Source: Escherichia phage vB_EcoD_Opt212. From it: a stretch of DNA of 44,488 bases. The stretch lies in sequence record NC_073055.1; one strand, given 5' to 3'. Shown here piece by piece: positions 1 through 7,240 of this stretch (position 1 is the stretch's first letter; the number at the start of each line of letters is the position of its first letter). The position numbers and the translations under genes are program-made. Under the pieces are notes generated by a model. The model saw only the letters and a list, made by a program, of their open reading frames with translations, made no database searches and had not been told where the DNA came from.

Positions 1-11
1 GGTCGGTTTCC

Positions 12-1397
12 TTAGTAGAAATCTACGGTAGGAACAACGGCGATTGGACGAATCACAGGGAACAGGTGCGCAATTGGATAACCCGCGGCATCGTTCATGT
101 GGTCCACACCGGCGGTTTTATCCGGCTCGCCTTTCTTCAGGTCGTAAACCTGCTGTTCCAGACATTTCGCTAGTGTAGGGCATTTATCCAGGTTGACAAA
201 ATACTGGCGCACGCCCTTCGAGTTGCACATCATCGTATTCATCGCGATCAATCGGTCTTTCACAGGCGGGTTAACGCTGTCGTATTCCACCTCGAAGCCC
301 GCATCTTCCAGTTGCGCGATATCGGACGACGAAGCGTTAACCGTTTTGCGGGATTTGCCGCTGCTATCCGGGTACACGACAACACGACCGGCAGCGCAAT
401 GATCGGGGTAGCGCTCCTCGATCGCTTCAATCATAGCCGGGGTATCAAACAGGTCCACGAATTCATCCACGGCGTGAATCTCGTCGCGGAACTCCTTGTT
501 CTCGGTGGTACGCTGCCGTCTTACATACACGACCGCCGCCATTTTCGTGACGTTAAAGTCCATACCGATAATCAGCGTGTCTTCCGGTTGTACTTCTTCG
601 GTGCTGGCGTTCTCCTCGCGATTAAACATCTTGTATACCGCGCCCGATGTAAGGTTGACAAACAGGCCGTTCAGGTACGCGTCAATAAGGTTAGCCGGGT
701 ACTGACTGCGCAGCGTGTCGATAAAGTCTGCCGGTAAATGGTGGTTGTCGGTGGTCTTCGCCCGGATCAGGCGCTTTTGGCTATCCTTCTCCACCTCGAA
801 AATCTGGTACATCGCCCGGTAGCCTTCCGGGGTGGACACTATGACGAACTGGCGTACAAAGCCTGCACGCAGACGACCGAGCAATTTGTGATACGCCGCC
901 AGCGCAACGTCTTGCTTCGTGGTATCGAATTCATCGGCAACAATCCACGCGGCGTTAACCCCGATAAGGCGGGTGTAGTTCTCCATCGACTCACAGATAA
1001 CGCGGGTCCATTTGCCTTTCACAAGCACGTTATAGATCTTGTCCTGCTTATTGAACTTCCACCGGAAGCCTGCCTCGTCGAATGCCTTCTCCAGTTCCGG
1101 ATACATGATCTTAACCAGGAGGGGAATAGTCGGTTCTGTAACGATGCCGTCATGACCGGGGTTCAGGGTTAAAAGCTGGATGACCTTACGCGCAGCGACC
1201 CACGACTTTCCACCGCCGAAGCCGGAACACAGGCCGAGGATTTTAGTCTTTGTGTCGCGCAGTAGTTCAACCTGGTGCGGCAAGCAATCAGGCTGATACA
1301 GGCGGACGGCCTGCGCAACGCGTGTCGGTCGCGGCGGTCGATTTCGCTTTGCGATCGCCCGTTCGAGGGCGCGGTGTTCTGCCGCATAGTTACGCAT
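12..1397 (-). CDS. terminase large subunit
   Basis: 461 aa; N-terminal P-loop (LGLCSGFGGGKSW) typical of TerL ATPase; overlaps the upstream TerS-like ORF by 1 nt. Confidence 0.85.
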   Translation of the reverse strand: MRNYAAEHRALERAIAKRNRPPRPTRVAQAVRLYQPDCLPHQVELLRDTKTKILGLCSGFGGGKSWVAARKVIQLLTLNPGHDGIVTEPTIPLLVKIMYPELEKAFDEAGFRWKFNKQDKIYNVLVKGKWTRVICESMENYTRLIGVNAAWIVADEFDTTKQDVALAAYHKLLGRLRAGFVRQFVIVSTPEGYRAMYQIFEVEKDSQKRLIRAKTTDNHHLPADFIDTLRSQYPANLIDAYLNGLFVNLTSGAVYKMFNREENASTEEVQPEDTLIIGMDFNVTKMAAVVYVRRQRTTENKEFRDEIHAVDEFVDLFDTPAMIEAIEERYPDHCAAGRVVVYPDSSGKSRKTVNASSSDIAQLEDAGFEVEYDSVNPPVKDRLIAMNTMMCNSKGVRQYFVNLDKCPTLAKCLEQQVYDLKKGEPDKTAGVDHMNDAAGYPIAHLFPVIRPIAVVPTVDFY

Positions 1398-1969
1398 TAT
1401 TCACCCTGGCCTTTGCCGGAAGGTTCGACAACTACGTCGCCGTTATCATCTTCGTCGTCATCCAGCGGTACATCGTCGCGGACGCCGTGGTTCGCTTTAA
1501 GCAGGAATGTAGCGAAGCCTGCCGCGATGGTCACACCACCGGCTTCCATCAGGAAAGTTTTCTGCAACTCCATAGCGTCCGCCATCGCCTCGGCGAACTC
1601 CTCATGCGCACGCGCCCAGCGATACAGGCAAGCTACGCCCACGCCGATTTCCGCGGCAAATCGACCGAAGGTTGGCATTTTGTTGCGAGGGATTACTTGC
1701 GCAGCGCCTTTATCGGAGTAGTTTACCTGCCAGGCGTCGGCGTCGGCAAAATAGCGGCGAAGCTGGTCACAGTAAACGGATCGGTAGTCCGTAGGGCGTC
1801 CGCATTTACCGCCTTTGCGGCGCTTTCCGTACTCGATTTCAGGTCCGAGATTGGTGTGCTCGGTTTGCTCTCCTGGTTTACGGCGCGGGGTAACTGCGAC
1901 TCGTCCGTCCAGTTTGGCGCGACGGCCCTTAACTTTAATTTCTGCCATGATATAAGCCCTTTTGTTCAT
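1397..1969 (-). CDS. putative terminase small subunit
   Basis: 190 aa, immediately upstream of and overlapping TerL; acidic C-terminal tail; start uncertain (alternative ATG 21 nt downstream). Confidence 0.55.
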   Translation of the reverse strand: MNKRAYIMAEIKVKGRRAKLDGRVAVTPRRKPGEQTEHTNLGPEIEYGKRRKGGKCGRPTDYRSVYCDQLRRYFADADAWQVNYSDKGAAQVIPRNKMPTFGRFAAEIGVGVACLYRWARAHEEFAEAMADAMELQKTFLMEAGGVTIAAGFATFLLKANHGVRDDVPLDDDEDDNGDVVVEPSGKGQGE

Positions 1970-2077
1970 ATGCGCCGACCATCGGCAACATAGGAGACGG
2001 CCCTGCCATCTAAGGGGATTATAACAGGCACAAAAAAGCCCACCAAATCGGCAGGCTGGGAGGCTTATGGGTTGCCG

Positions 2078-3220
2078 TTACTTCAACATTTCCGGGCTAA
2101 TGGTTAAGCGCGCTACTTCGCCGTAGTTGGCGCTATAGGTGATGACGTTTGCGCTGCGACCGGACATCCAACCGCCACGACTGGCGTAGGCGTCTTTCGC
2201 TGCGAGCGTCCGGTGCTGTTCAACAATCATGTTGCGGGATTCTACAATCTTCTGGTGGTGCAAGTGGCCTACGTGCGCGTAGCTGTACTCACTGGATCCG
2301 AAAGCCTGTCTGAATTTAGAAATCATAACCTGCTCGATAGCATCGAATCGCGCTTTGTGCCCGTGGTGGAAGAATAGCGTGGTCTTACCGTGCTGCACCA
2401 TTTTGTAGACGTCCGGGGACGTATCCACATCGACGCGCGGCTCGTTCTCGTACAGAGTATTGAACATCTCAGCCAGCCAAATCATACCCGACTCGTCATG
2501 ATTTCCCTGGACGATTAGCAGTTTGACTTTGTGGTGTTTTTGCAGCGCCAGTTCGACGACGTTGCGCACCATGCGAATCATGTATCGGACCAGTTTCTGG
2601 TATCGGGTGTCGGCGTCCAGTATGTGACCACTTGCCGGAGTGACAGCATCGAGGCTATCAAAGTGCGCCATATCACCGAGGATATTAATTACGGCAGTGC
2701 CTGCGTCCGGGGCGCGTGCGAAGGCTTCGACAAACCAGCGGTAGAACAGGTCTTCGGCGATCGCCATATCCCAGTCTTCGCCAGTCTCCTCGCCCCATGC
2801 CAACATGCCCAGGTGGAAGTCTGACACGGTGTACAGGTTGAGCAAGTCGAGCGCCTGGATCGGTACTGGCGGGGCTTTTACTGGCGCTGCCGGTGTGATT
2901 TCGCTGTTCATACCCTCGACAACAGCGCGCATGGCTTCGAGTTGGCGCTCTTTGTCCTGCTCAGTGATGACCCACGACATGACCTCTTCGCCATTGCCGC
3001 GCACCAGGGCCGATACGCGCTTAACCCCAAACCCATCGGCAACGCGCTTGCGTATTACGGCATCGTTGCCGTGTCCAATGCCTTTTTTCGACAGGCGGGC
3101 TTTCCGCATATAAACATTGCGTAGGGCAATCCCGTATTTCTTCGCAATATCTTTAACCGTAGTCCCTGCCTGAATTTCTGCGATCAATTGCTCATCGGTA
3201 ATTTTAGTTTGCGGGTGCAT
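2078..3220 (-). CDS. HTH domain fused to calcineurin-like metallophosphoesterase
   Basis: 380 aa; N-terminal HTH-like segment (TVKDIAKKYGIALRNV); phosphoesterase motifs SDFHLG, GDMAHFD, GNHDE, HHGH, GHLHH. Confidence 0.7.
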   Translation of the reverse strand: MHPQTKITDEQLIAEIQAGTTVKDIAKKYGIALRNVYMRKARLSKKGIGHGNDAVIRKRVADGFGVKRVSALVRGNGEEVMSWVITEQDKERQLEAMRAVVEGMNSEITPAAPVKAPPVPIQALDLLNLYTVSDFHLGMLAWGEETGEDWDMAIAEDLFYRWFVEAFARAPDAGTAVINILGDMAHFDSLDAVTPASGHILDADTRYQKLVRYMIRMVRNVVELALQKHHKVKLLIVQGNHDESGMIWLAEMFNTLYENEPRVDVDTSPDVYKMVQHGKTTLFFHHGHKARFDAIEQVMISKFRQAFGSSEYSYAHVGHLHHQKIVESRNMIVEQHRTLAAKDAYASRGGWMSGRSANVITYSANYGEVARLTISPEMLK

Positions 3221-3281
3221 ATTTAATTAATTCCTGATTAGTGGACCGTGGACAATATACCACGGCCCACACTGCGGTGCG

Positions 3282-3455
3282 CTATGAGTTGTCTTGCTGT
3301 TTAAATTCCGCCATCACGCGACGGAACTCACCCATAACTTTTCCTTGCTCTTTCTTTGTCAGGAACGAAAGACCCCGGAAGAATGACGCCTCCATTTGGG
3401 AGGCCCGCGGTCGTTCCGCCATAGGGCGGGAATCGCGTTGCGGTTTAAATGCCAT
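3282..3455 (-). CDS. small hypothetical protein (57 aa)
   Basis: ATG preceded by GAGGTGA; not in ORF track (below length cutoff); translated by hand. Confidence 0.3.
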   Translation of the reverse strand: MAFKPQRDSRPMAERPRASQMEASFFRGLSFLTKKEQGKVMGEFRRVMAEFKQQDNS

Positions 3456-3596
3456 AAGTCACCTCACAAATTACCATTCCAATAAATGCCGCGGCGGACC
3501 AGATTGCCAATACCCAAATATCATTACGTGCCATAGTGTAATACTCCTCTTGTTGATTGGTCGCAGTATGGCGCCTATGTTGGTTGCAAGTCAAGC

Positions 3597-3624
3597 AATA
3601 AAAAGCCCGGAATTAACCGGGCTT
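3597..3624 (-). terminator. rho-independent terminator after lysis cassette
   Basis: stem GCCCGG/CCGGGC followed by U-run on minus strand, directly after stop at 3631. Confidence 0.5.
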
Positions 3625-3630
3625 GGCAGT

Positions 3631-3792
3631 TTACACTTCTGGATCTTCCGGCGGTGGCGGACTCGGCAGCTTCGCGTCAAATACGCCAGCATGACTGATA
3701 GTGTCCGCGATAATGGCGCGAGCGCCTGGGTCTTCGGTTTTAGCCAGCGCGGCGAGCGCGTCCGCATTATGATCAAGAATACTTTTTAACAT
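3631..3792 (-). CDS. small hypothetical protein (53 aa)
   Basis: ATG with GGAGACAC RBS 17 nt after endolysin stop; Pro-rich C-terminus; same frame as track ORF 3631..4029. Confidence 0.35.
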   Translation of the reverse strand: MLKSILDHNADALAALAKTEDPGARAIIADTISHAGVFDAKLPSPPPPEDPEV

Positions 3793-3808
3793 ACTGTGTC
3801 TCCTCGTA

Positions 3809-4300
3809 TTATGCGGCGTTTCGCCCGATTTTCTCGGCAACGTCCCACTGCTTACCATCAAATAGTGCCTGCCTGCCGATTGCACGACGGACAAGCCCCT
3901 TGAGCACTGCCCCGCCTTGCTTGCGGAATTGTGGCAGCGTAGCACGGACCTTTGCCCAGTCACCCAGGCGGATCGCATCGTCGAAGTCTCCGGCGACGTC
4001 GTCCGGCATGATCGGACCAGGACCGGCATTGATAACCAGGTCCACCAGCGCGTCGAATTGCGCCTGGTTGATGCTCGGGTGTGCGTACTTGTTTACCCAG
4101 TTCTCGGCATACGCCACGTCGCGCTTGAGTAGCTCCAGTGCTTCCGCACGGGTAATGCTCCGCGGCGGATTAGTGCCGGTGTGACCATAGCCCCAGGTAT
4201 ACAGGCCGCGGGCCTGCTCTTTCTTAGTCGCGAAATACGGCACTGGGCTGAATTGCTCCCATGCTGCCGTAAATCTCAGACCGTTGTCACTGAATCGCAT
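3809..4300 (-). CDS. endolysin (GH24 lysozyme-like)
   Basis: 163 aa; GYGHTG and surrounding motifs typical of phage T4/lambda-type lysozyme; downstream of two membrane proteins. Confidence 0.8.
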   Translation of the reverse strand: MRFSDNGLRFTAAWEQFSPVPYFATKKEQARGLYTWGYGHTGTNPPRSITRAEALELLKRDVAYAENWVNKYAHPSINQAQFDALVDLVINAGPGPIMPDDVAGDFDDAIRLGDWAKVRATLPQFRKQGGAVLKGLVRRAIGRQALFDGKQWDVAEKIGRNAA

Positions 4301-4532
4301 GTTTTACCCCATTCAAAACAGCATTACGCAGTGTGCGCAATGCAAACAGCCAGATTAACGCGGTCCAGGTGGTGTCAGATACGTCTCCGGTTTGCAACAG
4401 TCCGATAATGCAGACCATCGCCGTAAGCAGATATAACACCCGACCGAAGAAGCCATCCTGGACGGACGGCGCATACACGTTAAACAGGGACGAAGCCCCT
4501 ATGATAACAAACAACAGGACGGAGATAATCAT
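4287..4532 (-). CDS. holin/antiholin-like membrane protein
   Basis: 81 aa, two hydrophobic segments, overlaps endolysin start. Confidence 0.5.
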   Translation of the reverse strand: MIISVLLFVIIGASSLFNVYAPSVQDGFFGRVLYLLTAMVCIIGLLQTGDVSDTTWTALIWLFALRTLRNAVLNGVKHAIQ

Positions 4533-4819
4533 TTTGCGCCACCCGGAAGTCGGAACGACTCAATAGTCTCCCTGATCCGGGCGGCTATTGGCATCCAGAA
4601 GATTGCAGTTACGAAGCCCAAACCGGCGACAGTGCGCTCGCCAGATAAGCCAGCCCACTCGGCGATAGCTGGCGCACCAAATATGGCACACAGGAAGCCA
4701 ACTACGACATATAAAACGAAGTTCAACGGCCCTTTCGTTGCCTCGCCATGAATGCGTGCGCCTACGAAGCCACCAGCAAGACACGCAAGGGCGAATAACC
4801 ACTCGTTTAGCTTATCCAT
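4529..4819 (-). CDS. holin-like membrane protein
   Basis: 96 aa, multiple predicted TM segments, ATGA overlap with next gene. Confidence 0.5.
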   Translation of the reverse strand: MDKLNEWLFALACLAGGFVGARIHGEATKGPLNFVLYVVVGFLCAIFGAPAIAEWAGLSGERTVAGLGFVTAIFWMPIAARIRETIESFRLPGGAK

Positions 4820-4871
4820 AAAAAAGTCCCAGTAAGTTTTAGCTCACTGGGACTATATCACGCTTGCATAA

Positions 4872-5159
4872 TTAATCGAAAATGGACCACTTGCCGACGC
4901 CTTTCCACTCCCACCCTTCCGATCGGACGGCCTCGAACATTCGCCTGCCGATCATATCGCGATACCATAGCCACCACATGCGCAACCGGGTAGGGTGCTC
5001 CGTGATGCCACGGCGCTTGTATATCTGAAACGTCATGCGGGTAATGCTGGCGGCTTCCACCGCGGGCCAAATCAGGAATACCCATACCAACAGCGCCAGC
5101 ACCGTAGCAAAGAGTGTCGCGCACCCAAAACCAAACCAATAAATCAAATCGTGTAGCAT
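4872..5159 (-). CDS. membrane protein (95 aa)
   Basis: hydrophobic TM segments; start moved to internal ATG with GGAAGGGG RBS; alternative-frame ORF 4858..5202 looks antisense-like. Confidence 0.4.
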   Translation of the reverse strand: MLHDLIYWFGFGCATLFATVLALLVWVFLIWPAVEAASITRMTFQIYKRRGITEHPTRLRMWWLWYRDMIGRRMFEAVRSEGWEWKGVGKWSIFD

Positions 5160-5264
5160 CGAATTGCCCCTTCCGGTTTGCCAATATGGCGCGCCCATGC
5201 ACGCGCCACGAAGTAATTGCGAAATACCCGACCGCCTATCTCAAAGAGGTTATGCATCAGCATA

Positions 5265-5435
5265 TCACGAATCACAGCCGACACGGGATACGACCTCCAG
5301 ATGTGGGTTATGGCGTGGCGCCCAGTGCGCTTGCTTAGTAGCCACATTACGTAGTTTAACCTGGTAATGGGTTACGGCGACCACCAAGTATAAATCGCGG
5401 GTTAATTTATCCCGCACTAAATCGAATTTATTCAT
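5265..5435 (-). CDS. small hypothetical protein (56 aa)
   Basis: ATG overlaps stop of upstream gene (ATGA coupling); not in ORF track; overlaps alternative track ORF 5144..5347 in another frame. Confidence 0.3.
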   Translation of the reverse strand: MNKFDLVRDKLTRDLYLVVAVTHYQVKLRNVATKQAHWAPRHNPHLEVVSRVGCDS

Positions 5436-5986
5436 TTCAGCACCACACGCAACGGGCTTACGGACTTCATGCTACCGTCGGGGTAGACCAGGAGCACGCC
5501 GATTCCGTGGCGTTTTGCGTCCAGATTAGCCATGCGCATTGCATCGCATTGCTGGGTAATGGCCTTCCGGGCGTTGTCGATATGCTCGCGCACCTTGCTC
5601 TCGTCGTATTTGGTATATGGGTGCTCCGTACGGGTGATCGCTTTCGCCACGACGCCAGGGCGCTTAGGTGTGTAGTTCCGGCCTACGCGGGTGTAATTCA
5701 CCAGGGTGGCGGGGTTAATAGTCGCGCCTGCCACCAGAGTGCTGTCGATAGTAATCCATTCCGTCCCGACTGACTTCACGACCCAGGTGTAGTCATTGCC
5801 ATCACAACGCAGCACATCACCTACTCGTACGTCGTGGTGCACTACCTGCAAATGCTCATGCAGGGTGGCTTTCTTGTACCAGAATACGCGGTCGCTGGCT
5901 TCATGGTACATGCGCACATAGTTCGGCAGCACTTCGATCGGGGTAAGGAATCGCCCATTATGCTTATTGCGGAATATCATTTTCAT
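5432..5986 (-). CDS. hypothetical protein
   Basis: 184 aa; strong AGGAGA RBS; coupled to flanking small genes. Confidence 0.6.
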   Translation of the reverse strand: MKMIFRNKHNGRFLTPIEVLPNYVRMYHEASDRVFWYKKATLHEHLQVVHHDVRVGDVLRCDGNDYTWVVKSVGTEWITIDSTLVAGATINPATLVNYTRVGRNYTPKRPGVVAKAITRTEHPYTKYDESKVREHIDNARKAITQQCDAMRMANLDAKRHGIGVLLVYPDGSMKSVSPLRVVLK

Positions 5987-6147
5987 TCTGTCAATCTCCT
6001 GTAGTTACGAACTAATGTGAGGCGCGAGATAGTGCGGCGAGTACCACACTTAGGGTGTGAAATAGTCACGTTGCCGTTTGCTTCTTCTGTCACGAAGTAA
6101 GTCAGTCGCGTGGCCTTACTCCGCCAGCGTTCAGGTTGCTTGTTCAT
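5983..6147 (-). CDS. small hypothetical protein (54 aa)
   Basis: ATGA overlaps at both ends; GGAG RBS; not in ORF track. Confidence 0.4.
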   Translation of the reverse strand: MNKQPERWRSKATRLTYFVTEEANGNVTISHPKCGTRRTISRLTLVRNYRRLTE

Positions 6148-6413
6148 TTCGCCAGTCTCCAGTGTTTGCCTACCCGCTCAACGGCAGGCTTTCGGCGTAA
6201 TGTAATACGAATCCCCATTGGTTGCAAGGAAGTCCGCACCCTGAAATCGTGTTGTGCTGCGAACTGGTGCAAGTAGCGAGTCTGCGTCAGTGGCTTTACG
6301 TCATCGCGATAGCACCAGTACACAGAATCCCCCACATTCGCATTCTTAGCCCATATTCGTATGCAATGCAGGGGAATATGCCACGAAAGCTGTTTTGCTC
6401 GCCTACGGCCCAT
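6144..6413 (-). CDS. hypothetical protein
   Basis: 89 aa, AAGGGG RBS, translationally coupled. Confidence 0.45.
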   Translation of the reverse strand: MGRRRAKQLSWHIPLHCIRIWAKNANVGDSVYWCYRDDVKPLTQTRYLHQFAAQHDFRVRTSLQPMGIRITLRRKPAVERVGKHWRLAK

Positions 6414-6422
6414 TTTGGCCCC

Positions 6423-6728
6423 TTATTTCGCAAGCTGGGTGAATAGCTCACGCTGGGCTTTAATCCGGGCGACGTTTGTCACTGCCTTATCGCCAATACC
6501 GAAGCGATATGCCAGGCGCTCGCGGGAGAATGCACGCGCGTATTCGTGGATTGCCTTCGCCAGCGTCTTCAGTTCGTCAAGGCTGGCATCCATGCCGTCG
6601 AGCGCATACATGATTGCCTGCTGGGCCAGTATTACTACATGCGCCGCGCGGTCTGCGTTGCCGTTCAGAGCCTTCGCTTCGTCCAGCTTCGCCAGGGCCA
6701 TTGCGTAATTCCAGATTAATGCTCTCAT
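6423..6728 (-). CDS. hypothetical protein
   Basis: 101 aa, GAGGAC RBS, first gene after long intergenic region. Confidence 0.55.
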   Translation of the reverse strand: MRALIWNYAMALAKLDEAKALNGNADRAAHVVILAQQAIMYALDGMDASLDELKTLAKAIHEYARAFSRERLAYRFGIGDKAVTNVARIKAQRELFTQLAK

Positions 6729-6909
6729 CGTTCAGTCCTCATGTTGGTGTGCAACCAATATTAATCACGCGCATGAAAAAGTTGATCGCTATCTGCTGCA
6801 ACGGCAAACTGCATTTCCCACTCTCCATTATCCAACCCGCATTGGTTGCCTAGTTCATCCGCGACCGCACTTCGCATCATGCTGCCGTGTATTTTGCAAT
6901 CCCCGGATT

Positions 6910-7083
6910 TTATTCAGTCTCAGACGAGGGGGGCCATTGACCCCCGTCTAGTCTGAAAGACTGGGGTGCTGTCCCGCTGTCCCGCTCCTCTGGAAGCCGC
7001 GCCATCCGGGGCGGGACGGGGGTGCTGTCCCGCTTTGTCCCGCCCGCTTTTTGTCCCGCTTTTTGTCCCGCTTACTTTATGCA
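6910..7083. repeat. GTCCCGC-iteron element, copy A
   Basis: 75-bp block identical to 34727..34801, then 6 direct and 1 inverted (T)GTCCCGC copies; overall similar to 34727..34899. Confidence 0.8.
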
Positions 7084-7157
7084 GTTTTATTGCATAACTA
7101 TTCATAATAATCACACTACACGGCAACCAATACGACCAGTTAAAAACACCCAAAATG

Positions 7158-7240
7158 GCAACCAATGCGCGCAAAATTTAATCTTTTAGCGATATGGGAA
7201 TTCCCATATCGGCAACCAATACGCGCAAAATTTAATCTTT
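7158..7240. promoter_or_regulatory. 22-bp perfect palindrome CGATATGGGAATTCCCATATCG (7190..7211) flanked by two ~29-bp direct repeats
   Basis: direct reading; repeats GGCAACCAAT(G/A)CGCGCAAAATTTAATCTTT; second copy overlaps primase stop. Confidence 0.7.

Noticed and set aside
1250-1993. 247-aa and other plus-strand ORFs overlapping TerL/TerS
   Set aside because: Antisense to well-supported terminase genes; Ser/Arg/Ala-rich low-complexity translation.
3241-3789. 182-aa plus-strand ORF between the phosphoesterase and endolysin genes
   Set aside because: GTG start, Cys/Arg/Ser-rich junk-like product, opposite to the coherent minus-strand operon; short minus-strand ORFs with RBSs fit better.
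4858-5202. 114-aa alternative-frame minus-strand ORF
   Set aside because: Overlaps the membrane-protein frame; Arg/Gly-rich composition; no RBS.
6910-7083. CRISPR array interpretation of the GTCCCGC repeats
   Set aside because: Repeats are 7-8 bp with irregular 8-48 bp spacing and one inverted copy; no uniform repeat-spacer structure and no cas genes.
6920-7174. 84-aa minus-strand ORF spanning iteron element A, sharing its C-terminus with ORF 34737..34979
   Set aside because: The shared peptide arises from repeated non-coding DNA (GCGGGACA repeats read as SGTKSGTK); low-complexity, no RBS; more likely a by-product of the repeat than a duplicated gene.
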